From: a virus
Length of the DNA stretch: 64,000 nt
Strand: one strand, 5' to 3'
Virus record (IMG/VR): IMGVR_UViG_3300045988_147128
Location: 1 to 64,000 of that record
The notes under the pieces were generated by a model. The model saw nothing but the letters and a program-made list of their open reading frames with translations. It ran no database searches and was not told the DNA's origin. Below are positions 19,250 through 29,136 of the stretch, one piece after another. The stretch's first letter is position 1; each line of letters opens with the position of its first letter. Both the position numbers and the translations under genes were made by a program.

Positions 19250-19558
19250 ATGACTGACGAGGAATTTGCATTAGATAATAAAAATGATAAGATAATTATC
19301 GAGAAAAAGATATCTTACTTAAGTAAGGGTGATAAGGTGTGGATCGTGTCTTCGGATGGGTATCTGTTGCACACAGACATTGTGCGTAGGGATCGTGGCA
19401 GATCTTATGTGGACATAGACGGAATACTGTATTGGAAACGAGGATTGGATGGCAAACATCGTAATCGTAGCAACTATATGCAGTTTGCTATGACACCAGA
19501 AGACGGAAAGAAATATGTTACTTGTTATCCTGAAGGATTTAAAGATAATAGTTTATGA
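19250..19558 (+). CDS. hypothetical protein
   Basis: ORF track. Confidence 0.5.
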   Translation: MTDEEFALDNKNDKIIIEKKISYLSKGDKVWIVSSDGYLLHTDIVRRDRGRSYVDIDGILYWKRGLDGKHRNRSNYMQFAMTPEDGKKYVTCYPEGFKDNSL

Positions 19559-20574
19559 TAGTACCTAATACACATCTGCTATATAAGGAATTTAATGGCA
19601 TAAAACGTCTTGCTATATCTTATTCTCAGATAGATACGTTTTTAACATGCCCAATGAAATGGTATAAAACTTATATAGAAGGAAAGAGATCTACAGAAAA
19701 GCAGGAGGCTACATCTTATGGTACGGTCATTCACAAGACATTGGAATACTTTTTTAAAAACGGAAAACAGCCTTCTGGTAAAGATCTTGGGGAAGCTATA
19801 AGTTACTATGCTTACCAAGAAGACATACCTTGGCAATCGCCAGAGAATATGATGATAGCCATGAAGCAATCTGGAGAGCTTCTTGCTTGGATTGTGGATC
19901 TTTTTAAAAAAGACGGGAATAGGTTTATGATAGCTGATAGTGATCTTAATCCTTGTGAGAAACTTATAAGACATGGTGCTATAGTTGGAGTCGAAGAAGA
20001 TTTTGTGCTGCCGTACCGTCTTCCTAAGCCAGTTGATATAAATGGAACCGTTCATACTCATGTGTATATAGTGGGGTCGGTAGACCTTCATCTGGCTATA
20101 AAAAGCAAAGGGGTGATCCATCATTATGTCATAGATTGGAAATCGGGGAATAAGGTTTTTGATTCTAAGAAGCTGGAAACAAATTTACAGCATCCTATAT
20201 ATTCGTTTTACATCTATAGAAGATATGGTGGGGTTCTACCAGATATGAACATCTATTTCTTTACCAGGACAAGGCAGTACCAAAAGGTTAAAGTAGATGA
20301 AGAACGTAAAATAAAATCTATAGAGATGCTAAATGACACTTTATCTAAAATGTATGATTTTGAAGATAATAGTGTAAAAACATTTCAAGCATACATCCAG
20401 GGAGCAGAAGGGGCCAGGTATAGCAAGCGGCGTGCCACCCTAAGCGAGCCTGTTCCGCAAAACAAGCTGCCCTGCCCGTCGGCACTGTGTTATTATTGTG
20501 ACTTTGGATTACATAACAAAAATGAATGCCCTTTCTCTTCAGATTGGGATCCGTCTAAAAAGATAAAGCAATGA
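19555..20574 (+). CDS. PD-(D/E)XK nuclease, Cas4/RecB-like, with C-terminal Cys cluster
   Basis: YSQIDTFLTCPMKWY N-motif, IDWKSG core, C-x4-C-x2-C-x9-C at C-terminus. Confidence 0.7.
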   Translation: MIVPNTHLLYKEFNGIKRLAISYSQIDTFLTCPMKWYKTYIEGKRSTEKQEATSYGTVIHKTLEYFFKNGKQPSGKDLGEAISYYAYQEDIPWQSPENMMIAMKQSGELLAWIVDLFKKDGNRFMIADSDLNPCEKLIRHGAIVGVEEDFVLPYRLPKPVDINGTVHTHVYIVGSVDLHLAIKSKGVIHHYVIDWKSGNKVFDSKKLETNLQHPIYSFYIYRRYGGVLPDMNIYFFTRTRQYQKVKVDEERKIKSIEMLNDTLSKMYDFEDNSVKTFQAYIQGAEGARYSKRRATLSEPVPQNKLPCPSALCYYCDFGLHNKNECPFSSDWDPSKKIKQ

Positions 20575-20740
20575 AATACGAAGACATTCAAAAGTTAAGA
20601 ACAAAATACCGGCAAGATCCGGAAGTTATAAACATAGAAGACATGCGAAACGTTGCTGTAAGATGCGGGAATTTCAAGAAAGCATTTGAGCTTCAAGAAA
20701 AGCTGGAGGATATATGGTTTAACTACTTAAAAGGAATACA

Positions 20741-21061
20741 ATGAAAGAAGTTTTAATGGTTGGAGTAATGGCCTTTTTCTCATCATACTTGTTTATGACA
20801 GCTCTTATAAAAATAAGTAGAGCAGTAGATCGTTATAAGATGAAGAAGAAAACTGACAAAATCAAAGTTGGGCAACGATATGAATCAAGAAACTTCTTTA
20901 TGGATCCGTATGAAAGAGGGAAGCATATTGTTAGGATACTGGATATAAACAACGGATATGCGTTGTATAAGTACGAATCTGGTTCTAATACGTTATATTC
21001 TACAGAACTTGAAGATATTGTTAAAAGATATGTTTTAATTACTGACGTTAAACACAAGTAA
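20741..21061 (+). CDS. hypothetical protein with N-terminal TM
   Basis: ORF track. Confidence 0.45.
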   Translation: MKEVLMVGVMAFFSSYLFMTALIKISRAVDRYKMKKKTDKIKVGQRYESRNFFMDPYERGKHIVRILDINNGYALYKYESGSNTLYSTELEDIVKRYVLITDVKHK

Positions 21062-21064
21062 GTC

Positions 21065-21442
21065 ATGAAAAAAGAAGTTACACTCAAGGAGGACATGGCT
21101 GCGTTTTATAGAAATGCAGGAAAGGAACTATGGATTTATAACGGACTTTTTAGAAACAAGGTATTGTCTATAAAAAAAGATAAAGCCATTATCATGTGTG
21201 AAACTGATGCTGAATATTCTGTGCTGATAGAAGATAATCAGTTTATTGCCGTAGCAAAAAACATGGATTATGATTACTGCTGTGCATTCACATTAGGCAA
21301 TGCTGAGGCTTATGGCGATCGTATGGGCATATCGTGCAGTGTATGCCTGCTTGAAGATGACGAAGATAAGGCAAGGGAGATGTTAAAGGAGGCGATAATA
21401 GAACTTTCAGAAAACAGTAAAATAGATTGCGATGGGCTTTGA
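21065..21442 (+). CDS. hypothetical protein
   Basis: ORF track. Confidence 0.5.
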   Translation: MKKEVTLKEDMAAFYRNAGKELWIYNGLFRNKVLSIKKDKAIIMCETDAEYSVLIEDNQFIAVAKNMDYDYCCAFTLGNAEAYGDRMGISCSVCLLEDDEDKAREMLKEAIIELSENSKIDCDGL

Positions 21443-22853
21443 ACTTAGACCTTACCAAAAAGAAGCAGTAGATGCCGGGCTTAAGTTTCTCACGGGAAGA
21501 TCTAAGAAGCCTGGCATAATCGTAGCCCCATGCGGATCAGGAAAGAGCCTTCTAATATCCAAGATAGCGCATGAGATAAATAGACCGACGTTAGTATTGC
21601 AGCCCTCGAAAGAGATTCTGGAACAGAATTATGCAAAGGCTACATCATTTGGATCTGAGCCGACCATATACTCTGCTTCATGTGGAAAAAAAGAGTTATC
21701 ATCCATGACCTACGCCACACTTAAAAGCATAAAGAAAGACGTAGCAAGGCTGAAAGATATAGGGATAGACACGTTGTTAATAGACGAATGTCATGCAGGG
21801 TATTCACCTGAAGAAGGTTCTGAATTTATGGAGTTTATGAACAGGTTCCCAGAGGCGAAGGTGCTGGGCTTCACCGCCACTCCCTGCCGCCTCCGAACCT
21901 ACAGTTCCATGCTGGAAGGAAACTACAGCAAGCTCAATATGCTGACGAAAGACGAGCATAATTTCTTCAAGAAAATAGTTCATGTGACTCAAATACAAGA
22001 ATTAACTTCTCAAGGGTTTTGGTGTCCACTTAAGTACGAACGATGGTCTTTTGATGAATCGGCTCTGATGTTGAACAGCACCGGAGCTGAATACACCAAC
22101 GAATCTATTAAAGAAAGTATTGTACGAAATGGCTTAAACAACTCTATCTACAAGCGCCTTCTTCAACTTATGAACGAACGTAAAGCCATTTTGGTTTGCA
22201 TGGATTCTATTGAATCATGTAATAGAATATCAGAGTTCATGAATGCCAAGATGGGAGCCATAACCGGTGTCGTAACATCGCTAACAACCAAAAAGAAAAG
22301 AGAGCAAATTATATCCGATTTCAAAGAAGGAAAGTTGAAGGTGGTTTTTAATTATTCAACGCTTGCTACCGGATTTGATTTTCCTGAACTTGATTGTGTG
22401 ATGTTTGGTCGCCCAACATTCTCATATTCAACATATTACCAAATATTAGGCCGCGCCATCCGCATCCATCCTGACAAGAAAGAGGCGCTGATAGTTGATT
22501 GCTGCGACAACATGAGGCGTTTCGGTCGGATAGAAGACTTGACAATCGAACAATTCCCTTCTAAGGGCTGGTGTATGTTTGCCGGAGATCAACTTCTGTC
22601 CAATATAAGGATGGGTGATATTATTACCAAAGACGAGATCCTTCGCCGGGCAGCCTCGCTTAAATCTGTGAATGGAGATGGTAGGAGAGAAGACGATCTT
22701 GACAGTATAATAATGTGGTTTGGTAAATATGAAGGGATTAGATTCAAGGACATACCGGTGTCGTATTTTAGGTTCTTGGCTGAGAATATGGCAGTAAAAC
22801 CAGGAGACAGGAAAGAAAAGATTATCGAATATTATAATAGAATAAAAGCATGA
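21432..22853 (+). CDS. SF2 DEAD/DExH-box DNA helicase
   Basis: Walker A APCGSGKS, DECH box LLIDECHAG, motif III FTATP. Confidence 0.8.
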   Translation: MGFELRPYQKEAVDAGLKFLTGRSKKPGIIVAPCGSGKSLLISKIAHEINRPTLVLQPSKEILEQNYAKATSFGSEPTIYSASCGKKELSSMTYATLKSIKKDVARLKDIGIDTLLIDECHAGYSPEEGSEFMEFMNRFPEAKVLGFTATPCRLRTYSSMLEGNYSKLNMLTKDEHNFFKKIVHVTQIQELTSQGFWCPLKYERWSFDESALMLNSTGAEYTNESIKESIVRNGLNNSIYKRLLQLMNERKAILVCMDSIESCNRISEFMNAKMGAITGVVTSLTTKKKREQIISDFKEGKLKVVFNYSTLATGFDFPELDCVMFGRPTFSYSTYYQILGRAIRIHPDKKEALIVDCCDNMRRFGRIEDLTIEQFPSKGWCMFAGDQLLSNIRMGDIITKDEILRRAASLKSVNGDGRREDDLDSIIMWFGKYEGIRFKDIPVSYFRFLAENMAVKPGDRKEKIIEYYNRIKA

Positions 22854-23212
22854 ACAGCAAAAGACGTAAGAAAATAGAGGATATTATTTCCAATTTGGAA
22901 AAGCATAAAACAGATCTTGAGTTTATCAAATCAAAGCTGTCAGAGGTTAGGCATAATCTGGATTCAGCCAAGGATGATGTTGATATGATTTTAGACGAAG
23001 AGACGGAAGCAAGAGATAATATGCCGGAGTCGTTACAAGATACAGAAAGATATTATCAATCAGATGAGGCTGTAGCTAATATGGAGGCGGTTGTTGATGA
23101 TATAGAAAGTATTGTAGGGGATTTAGAGAATGCGGTTTCAACCATTGATGATAAAATCAATGACATAGAAACTGGTATTATAGGGAATTTAGAGGCAGCC
23201 ATAGGCGCATAA
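22850..23212 (+). CDS. acidic coiled-coil protein
   Basis: ORF track. Confidence 0.5.
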   Translation: MNSKRRKKIEDIISNLEKHKTDLEFIKSKLSEVRHNLDSAKDDVDMILDEETEARDNMPESLQDTERYYQSDEAVANMEAVVDDIESIVGDLENAVSTIDDKINDIETGIIGNLEAAIGA

Positions 23213-23259
23213 CGTAAAAATATAATCATAAAATTTAACACAATATATTTGTATAGATA

Positions 23260-23287
23260 TAATACGATACATATTTTTGTATCGTAT
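23260..23287. promoter_or_regulatory. 11-bp perfect palindrome AATACGATACA-N6-TGTATCGTATT
   Basis: seen directly; upstream of next gene; followed by T-run. Confidence 0.4.
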
Positions 23288-23327
23288 TATTTTTTATGTG
23301 TTATATTTTATGAAAACAAATGTTACA

Positions 23328-24044
23328 ATGGTATCAAAAGACCGAGAATTATTTGGCGTAATAATTAAGCAGGACACTAAAACTTCGTTTATGTCCTTAA
23401 CAGACCTTCAGGAAGCCTATACGAAGAAGAGGGTTGAGATGGGGTGGAATGAAAAGAGAATAGAGAATATCCTATCTAATAAGGAGAGTGCGGAACGTGT
23501 TTACTATATCCTTGAAAAACAAGGATATAAGATAGAATCAGGATTTCCTGGTTTTATACAATCTGTTGAAAAAGAGTCACTTATAAAAGTGATGAAAAAA
23601 ATGGGAGCTTATAAGACAATGGGTAGAGGAGAGAATAGGAGAACTATGTGTAATCCATATATATGGGTGCTTGTAGCTATGGAACTAAACCCTATGTTGT
23701 ATGCTGAGGTTGTTACGTGGTTAACAGATAAGCTTATCTTAAACCGAATAGAGGCAGGTGATAAATACAATGTCTTGTCAAGAGCTATATCAAGATTTCC
23801 GGATGCCGATTACTCCAAGATGGCTAAAGGCTTAAATTGGATTGTATTTAATGAGCATGAAAGCATGATAAGAAATAGGGCTACACAGGAGCAGTTGAAA
23901 GAACTTGAAACCCTACAGTCTAATCTTGCATTCTGCATAGAGATGGGAACCATCTCTTCTTTCTCTAATTTAATGAACATGATGAGATCTATATATGTAA
24001 AGAAATGGGGAGAAGAGGCTGTAACTTCTAAAAACGTAAAATAA
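23328..24044 (+). CDS. possible KilA-N/APSES-like DNA-binding protein
   Basis: weak N-terminal motif resemblance; start at internal ATG. Confidence 0.4.
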   Translation: MVSKDRELFGVIIKQDTKTSFMSLTDLQEAYTKKRVEMGWNEKRIENILSNKESAERVYYILEKQGYKIESGFPGFIQSVEKESLIKVMKKMGAYKTMGRGENRRTMCNPYIWVLVAMELNPMLYAEVVTWLTDKLILNRIEAGDKYNVLSRAISRFPDADYSKMAKGLNWIVFNEHESMIRNRATQEQLKELETLQSNLAFCIEMGTISSFSNLMNMMRSIYVKKWGEEAVTSKNVK

Positions 24045-24045
24045 T

Positions 24046-24333
24046 ATGGGAGTAAAAGAAATAAGAGAACTACTTAGACTCTACAATCTCGAACATAGTG
24101 TCGTCCAGAACAAAAACTCTGGGCGGTATTCTATTATTCTCCATAACAACATCATAGGAACGAACGTAGATGGAGAGAAGGTAGTTGTGTTCAGAACCAT
24201 TCCGGATGGAAGCAATACGTTCTCTATGGAGCGAAATAGATTCTATGAGGGGTTTGTAGAGGCTTTTGATGACGATAAGGCGATTGAAGCCGTAAGACAG
24301 TATTTTGAGAAAAACAGAAATGATAGGGTATAA
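24046..24333 (+). CDS. hypothetical protein
   Basis: ORF track. Confidence 0.45.
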   Translation: MGVKEIRELLRLYNLEHSVVQNKNSGRYSIILHNNIIGTNVDGEKVVVFRTIPDGSNTFSMERNRFYEGFVEAFDDDKAIEAVRQYFEKNRNDRV

Positions 24334-24385
24334 GACGAAGATGGATTATATTACTATCGAAATGAGGTAAAACAACGATAAAGCA

Positions 24386-24943
24386 ATGGAAAAGATGGAT
24401 GATAATACTAAAAATATCCTTTATCCAAAAGGATCTATTTTTCGCATATTGAAAGATGATATAATCAGTGCAGAATTTAAAATAGCCAAAGGAGCTATAG
24501 CGGAGGCAGTATCAGACATAGAAGTAAATGATAAATATGCTGAGGTTTGTTGTAATGGGGAGACGTTCGTCATAGAAACGGATATTATGGATATTATTCT
24601 TTCCAAAGACCCCGTAGAAAATAAATCGGTGAAGAATGACATCATAGACGACAAACTACGATGGGATTTGCTTCCAATGGAAGAGATTGAGGACATTGTA
24701 AGAGTCTATCATGCTGGTGCAAAGAAGTACGGACCCAATAAATGGCAGAACCTTGACAACGGGTTTGAACGGTATCGTGCTGCGGCTGCCAGACACCTAA
24801 TGGAATACATGAAAGGGGAAAGAGTGGATTCCGATACAGGATGTTTTCATCTTGCACAATGTGCATGGAACTGTATAGCTATGCTGTGGTATGACAAGCA
24901 TGGAAAAGGGTTGATACCATTAAACAAGGAGGAAAAGAAATGA
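24386..24943 (+). CDS. hypothetical protein (conserved W...LP...GAKKYG...W...RH block)
   Basis: ORF track. Confidence 0.5.
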   Translation: MEKMDDNTKNILYPKGSIFRILKDDIISAEFKIAKGAIAEAVSDIEVNDKYAEVCCNGETFVIETDIMDIILSKDPVENKSVKNDIIDDKLRWDLLPMEEIEDIVRVYHAGAKKYGPNKWQNLDNGFERYRAAAARHLMEYMKGERVDSDTGCFHLAQCAWNCIAMLWYDKHGKGLIPLNKEEKK

Positions 24944-25251
24944 CAATAGAACAACTAAATTATTTATTAAGAAAAGAGCTTTATGCTATAAAAAACCATA
25001 AAGACAATATTGATAGAATCAAAAAAGAATACTTTGATTCCAATTATGGGTTAAAAGAAGGAGATAAGATCCGTATTTTACACGAAGCAGGAGATGAAAT
25101 GATAGGCTTCTTGAAAAAAGTTGAAGTATGTGAAGACGGAGATCTGTACTTGACAATCCAAAAACAAAACGAAAAAGGTGACAGAGGCAGAGGGATATGG
25201 AATATGTATCTATCATCAAAATTAATTAAAATAGAAAAATTATCAGATTAA
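24940..25251 (+). CDS. hypothetical protein
   Basis: SD AAGGAGG. Confidence 0.5.
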   Translation: MTIEQLNYLLRKELYAIKNHKDNIDRIKKEYFDSNYGLKEGDKIRILHEAGDEMIGFLKKVEVCEDGDLYLTIQKQNEKGDRGRGIWNMYLSSKLIKIEKLSD

Positions 25252-25258
25252 TAACGAT

Positions 25259-25801
25259 ATGATTAGAGCAAGATTTTACATTAAAAAATCCGACTGCGGT
25301 AACGACTACCGTCCAGTCAAATGGCCTATAAAATATCCATATTGGTGTAGTGGTGAATCCGATGATTCATTCATACTTGTAGCGTATGCCGAAGACGAAG
25401 ACAGCATAAAAGAGCTGTGGCCGGAAGCATACGATATTAATGTCTTAGAAAAAGATACTGAGGTTAAATTCACATTAAGATTTCCTAAGCCTAAATGGTA
25501 TGAATTGCAAGAAGAGAGATCAGAAGAGTATGATAAATTATATGGTAAATTCGTATGGGTTACAGACATGTGTCTAAAAGATGGGAAAATAAGAAAGGTA
25601 AAAGCCAGAATAGAAGATTGTGGTGGTCTTTTATTAGCTGACACTCCTGGTCGTTACACCCCTTATCAGATAGGGGATTGTGCTTTTGAAAGCAAGGAAG
25701 AGGCTTTAAAACATGCAGAGGAACAGAGAACGAATTTAATTAAGTCTCTTAGGTTACAAATACATGAACTTGAAAATCTAAAATTCGAATGCGATGATTG
25801 A
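25259..25801 (+). CDS. hypothetical protein
   Basis: ORF track. Confidence 0.5.
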   Translation: MIRARFYIKKSDCGNDYRPVKWPIKYPYWCSGESDDSFILVAYAEDEDSIKELWPEAYDINVLEKDTEVKFTLRFPKPKWYELQEERSEEYDKLYGKFVWVTDMCLKDGKIRKVKARIEDCGGLLLADTPGRYTPYQIGDCAFESKEEALKHAEEQRTNLIKSLRLQIHELENLKFECDD

Positions 25802-25854
25802 ATAATTTGATTATTTTACAAATAACGATTACATTTACGATATAAATCATTCAA

Positions 25855-27045
25855 ATGAGATTAGTTGAAAGGCATATAGTTAAAGACAACCGGTTTGAGG
25901 ATATTTGCTTCAAATCCGGCTTGTTATATAATTATGTTCTTTACAACATTCGTCAAGGAATCTTTTCAGGTAACTATTTAAAGGAATTTGATTTATCAAA
26001 CAAACTTTGCAAAGAAAACCAATTCGATTTCAGGAATTTACCTAATCATGTATCCCAACAGGTGATTAAACAGGTATTTAAAAACATAAAATCCTGGATA
26101 AAACTCAAGAAGGATTTTGAAAAGAATCCTTCTAAATACGGAAATCATAGACCTCACCTTCCGTCATACAAACAAGGTAAGAAACAAAACATGGTTGTTT
26201 CCACCAACTGCAATTGTAGGGTAAAGGGTGATAATTGTATTTATTTTGTTAAAGATATAATCAAACCTATCAAAACAAATGTAAAGAAAGACGAACTAAA
26301 ACAAGTTAGAATAATCCCTCAAGCTACATGTTATGTAGTAGAGGTAGTTTATGAAAGAAAGGAAACTGATCTTGGTTTAAACAAAGACAATTTTCTTTCG
26401 ATTGATTTAGGATTGAATAATTTATGTTCATGTATTAGTAATGTAGAAACTAATTCTTTCATTATAAACGGACGGGTTATGAAATCAGTAAATCAGTGGT
26501 ACAATAAGAAGAAAGCTAAGTTGATGTCTTTTGTTGGTAATAAGGGAACTTCAAATAGAATAAGAAAAATTACTTTGTTTAGAAATTGTTGGATAGAAGA
26601 CAAATTGCATAAAATCAGTAGATACATTGTAGACTTTTGTAAATCTAACAATATAGGAACAATCATCATTGGATTAAACAAAGAATGGAAAAACGAGATA
26701 AATATCGGTAAAAGGAATAACCAACATTTTGTTTCTATTCCTCATTCTAAATTGATTGATAAGATTGTTTACAAAGCAAATCTTTTAGGGATAGAGGTAA
26801 TTACTCATGAGGAATCTTACACATCAAAGATTGACCATCTTGCTTTTGAATCTCTAAAGAAACAAGAATCCTATTTAGGGAAAAGAAAGAAACGTGGATT
26901 ATTCCAAAGTTCCGTTGGAAAGCTAATTAATGCTGATATTAATGGAGCTATAGGAATAGCAAGAAAAGTAGTCGGTGATTCTTTCATTGGAAAGATAATC
27001 GATAGTGGATTTGTGTTTAATCCGGTTAGAATAAATATTTTGTGA
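25855..27045 (+). CDS. tnpB: IS200/IS605-family TnpB-like RuvC nuclease (solo, no tnpA); zinc-finger cysteines absent
   Basis: RuvC-I SIDLGLNN, RuvC-II region EESYTSKID, RuvC-III INADINGAIGIARK; no CxxC pairs between them. Confidence 0.75.
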   Translation: MRLVERHIVKDNRFEDICFKSGLLYNYVLYNIRQGIFSGNYLKEFDLSNKLCKENQFDFRNLPNHVSQQVIKQVFKNIKSWIKLKKDFEKNPSKYGNHRPHLPSYKQGKKQNMVVSTNCNCRVKGDNCIYFVKDIIKPIKTNVKKDELKQVRIIPQATCYVVEVVYERKETDLGLNKDNFLSIDLGLNNLCSCISNVETNSFIINGRVMKSVNQWYNKKKAKLMSFVGNKGTSNRIRKITLFRNCWIEDKLHKISRYIVDFCKSNNIGTIIIGLNKEWKNEINIGKRNNQHFVSIPHSKLIDKIVYKANLLGIEVITHEESYTSKIDHLAFESLKKQESYLGKRKKRGLFQSSVGKLINADINGAIGIARKVVGDSFIGKIIDSGFVFNPVRINIL

Positions 27046-27052
27046 TATAAGG

Positions 27053-27799
27053 TTGAATCTAATGAATAAAATGAATAATTTTAATAACATTAACTACGCA
27101 GCAAAAGCCAGAAGAGCTTATTTAATAAACAATTTCGATAAGATTCTTAACAGCCTCAACACGCTTCATTCAACGGTTGAGACCATGACGTTGTTCGTAA
27201 ATGACCAGGCTTATAATTACATTCTTAAGCTAAAGGAAGTAATTAAAACCAGTCCTATGTATAAGCACAATATCAAGCGTCTTTTAAATGATATGGACAA
27301 AGAGATAAAGAGGTACAATGCTTCTATCTACTACATAAATAAAGAGCGTAGTGAGGTTATAGCTGATATAACACAAGCGATGGAAGATTGCCTCATGCCA
27401 TACATAGACGATCTGGCCGGCGCTATAAGGGCAGCCGTGTGGTCGAGGGGTGTGTCCGAGGAGCGGACGGAAGCGGCGGTCCTGGCCCTTATCGTGTCTT
27501 CCTTGGCTCTGACATCCGGAAGACTTATTTCAGGTGGATATCAGATTATGAAAGAAATGGGTGGAGGTCAAGGAGGTAACCCGTTTACGTTTATGAGCAT
27601 TGATAAGATAAGATACTTATCTACATTATTATCTGATGCTATTACCAGTGGAGAGATTACTCTTGAAGAAAAAGAAGCCGATGAAATAACTAAGGCGATG
27701 GATGTTTTTATTGAGAAGATGTCCGATTCAGATATTGTTGACAAAGTAATTAGCATACTCGAAGAAGCAGAATCTAAAAATAAGGAGGAACGATCATGA
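27053..27799 (+). CDS. hypothetical protein
   Basis: ORF track. Confidence 0.55.
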   Translation: MNLMNKMNNFNNINYAAKARRAYLINNFDKILNSLNTLHSTVETMTLFVNDQAYNYILKLKEVIKTSPMYKHNIKRLLNDMDKEIKRYNASIYYINKERSEVIADITQAMEDCLMPYIDDLAGAIRAAVWSRGVSEERTEAAVLALIVSSLALTSGRLISGGYQIMKEMGGGQGGNPFTFMSIDKIRYLSTLLSDAITSGEITLEEKEADEITKAMDVFIEKMSDSDIVDKVISILEEAESKNKEERS

Positions 27800-27987
27800 A
27801 TTACTTAGATGGGTACGTAGAAGAGGTTCTTTCCGAGCCGTATTATGATGATTACGGATCGGGAATTTTCAGGTGGTGGGTGAAAGTGTCTTACGATTGT
27901 TATGGCATGGGAGCCGTTACTACCTTAATGTTTGATACAAAAGAAGAAGCGGAAGCGGTAAAACCAGGTTATAAATTTTTGTGTTAA
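27796..27987 (+). CDS. hypothetical protein
   Basis: SD AAGGAGG. Confidence 0.45.
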   Translation: MNYLDGYVEEVLSEPYYDDYGSGIFRWWVKVSYDCYGMGAVTTLMFDTKEEAEAVKPGYKFLC

Positions 27988-27999
27988 TGATATTGGGAT

Positions 28000-28236
28000 G
28001 TGATTATGAAGTACTTTATTTTATTGATAATGTTGTTATTGTCATCATGTGATATTGACAATGTTAATACTGGATGGGTTATATGTGATTTAGAACCTTT
28101 GAATGATGGGCGTGTGTTATACAAAGGAGAAGATAATGGCATTACATGTGTTAGTAGTACCAAATACATCAAATTCATTGGACGCCAAGGGGAATACAAT
28201 ATTGGAGATTCTGTTAAAATCGTAAAAATAGAATAA
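28000..28236 (+). CDS. small lipoprotein (lipobox LLLSSC)
   Basis: signal peptide plus lipobox. Confidence 0.5.
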   Translation: MIMKYFILLIMLLLSSCDIDNVNTGWVICDLEPLNDGRVLYKGEDNGITCVSSTKYIKFIGRQGEYNIGDSVKIVKIE

Positions 28237-28237
28237 G

Positions 28238-28717
28238 ATGGAAAAGAATTTAAAACTCGTATGTCCTAAATGTGGCGAATATCACAATCCCAACTCTATA
28301 CATTCGATGGATGTATCGGATTTTGTAGAAGGGGATATTAGGACCATTATGGAAGAACGTGGGTGGTGCTTTCAGTGTGCATGCTGGCAGAATATATACA
28401 ACGTACACAAAGACGATCCAGGGTGGATTAGAATAGACGGCGTAAGCTGGATTCTTAAACCTATGGTGGAAAACGTGCCAAGAGGATGGAATGGTCTTGG
28501 ATGTGGCGGAAAAAAGATGTATATCAATATCGAAGGGAAAGGCATTGTTGCATCAAATAACTGCTGGTGTCAAGGTAATGTTCCGGATGTGTTTAAGGAT
28601 CTTATACCGGATAATGCTACGTTGGCTACCAAAGAAGAGTTTGACAAAGCTTCTATGGTAGGATATATTATGAATGGCGTTGGTTTAGTTTTTACGGATA
28701 GGGTACATTTTTTATAA
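28238..28717 (+). CDS. Cys-rich hypothetical protein
   Basis: ORF track. Confidence 0.55.
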   Translation: MEKNLKLVCPKCGEYHNPNSIHSMDVSDFVEGDIRTIMEERGWCFQCACWQNIYNVHKDDPGWIRIDGVSWILKPMVENVPRGWNGLGCGGKKMYINIEGKGIVASNNCWCQGNVPDVFKDLIPDNATLATKEEFDKASMVGYIMNGVGLVFTDRVHFL

Positions 28718-28767
28718 ATCAATTAAGGTAATTATATACCTTAATCAATTACTTAAAAAAACAGTTA

Positions 28768-28938
28768 TGAAAACATTAGAAGAATATAAAGAAATGTTTA
28801 ATCTAAGAGATGAAGAGATAAAGGAATTTGAATCTTTTTTGCAAGACAAAAACCAAAGTATATACTACTCCAAATTTACCAAAATAGTAAAATATAAAAA
28901 TGGAGATATTGCTGGATATGGTTTGGTTCCGCCTGAAA
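28768..28938 (+). CDS. small ORF (56 aa), not in track
   Basis: manual translation; weak. Confidence 0.3.
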
Positions 28939-29088
28939 AAAAATGATTTTATGAAAAATTTTGAGAATAATTTTTGATTTGGATATATATATCACACTCT
29001 GTGACCTTATCGAAAAATTCAACTCCTCTTTTGATTTCAATATTTTTAGTTTCTTTTATGAGTAAAAAATAAATTATGGCAGTTATAT

Positions 29089-29135
29089 ACAATTCTACAT
29101 ATAGACGACAGTATAGGGTCTATATGTAGAATTGT
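29089..29135. terminator. 18-bp perfect inverted repeat ACAATTCTACATATAGAC / GTCTATATGTAGAATTGT with 11-nt loop, between convergent genes
   Basis: seen directly; TTTT follows on the plus strand. Confidence 0.5.
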
Positions 29136-29136
29136 T

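Noticed and set aside
27388-27579. GC-rich islands (also 14850-14950, 46680-46760, 51360-51410) as foreign insertions
   Set aside because: They are in frame within long ORFs and encode Pro/Ala/Gly-rich linkers; compositional bias from amino-acid content rather than separate elements.
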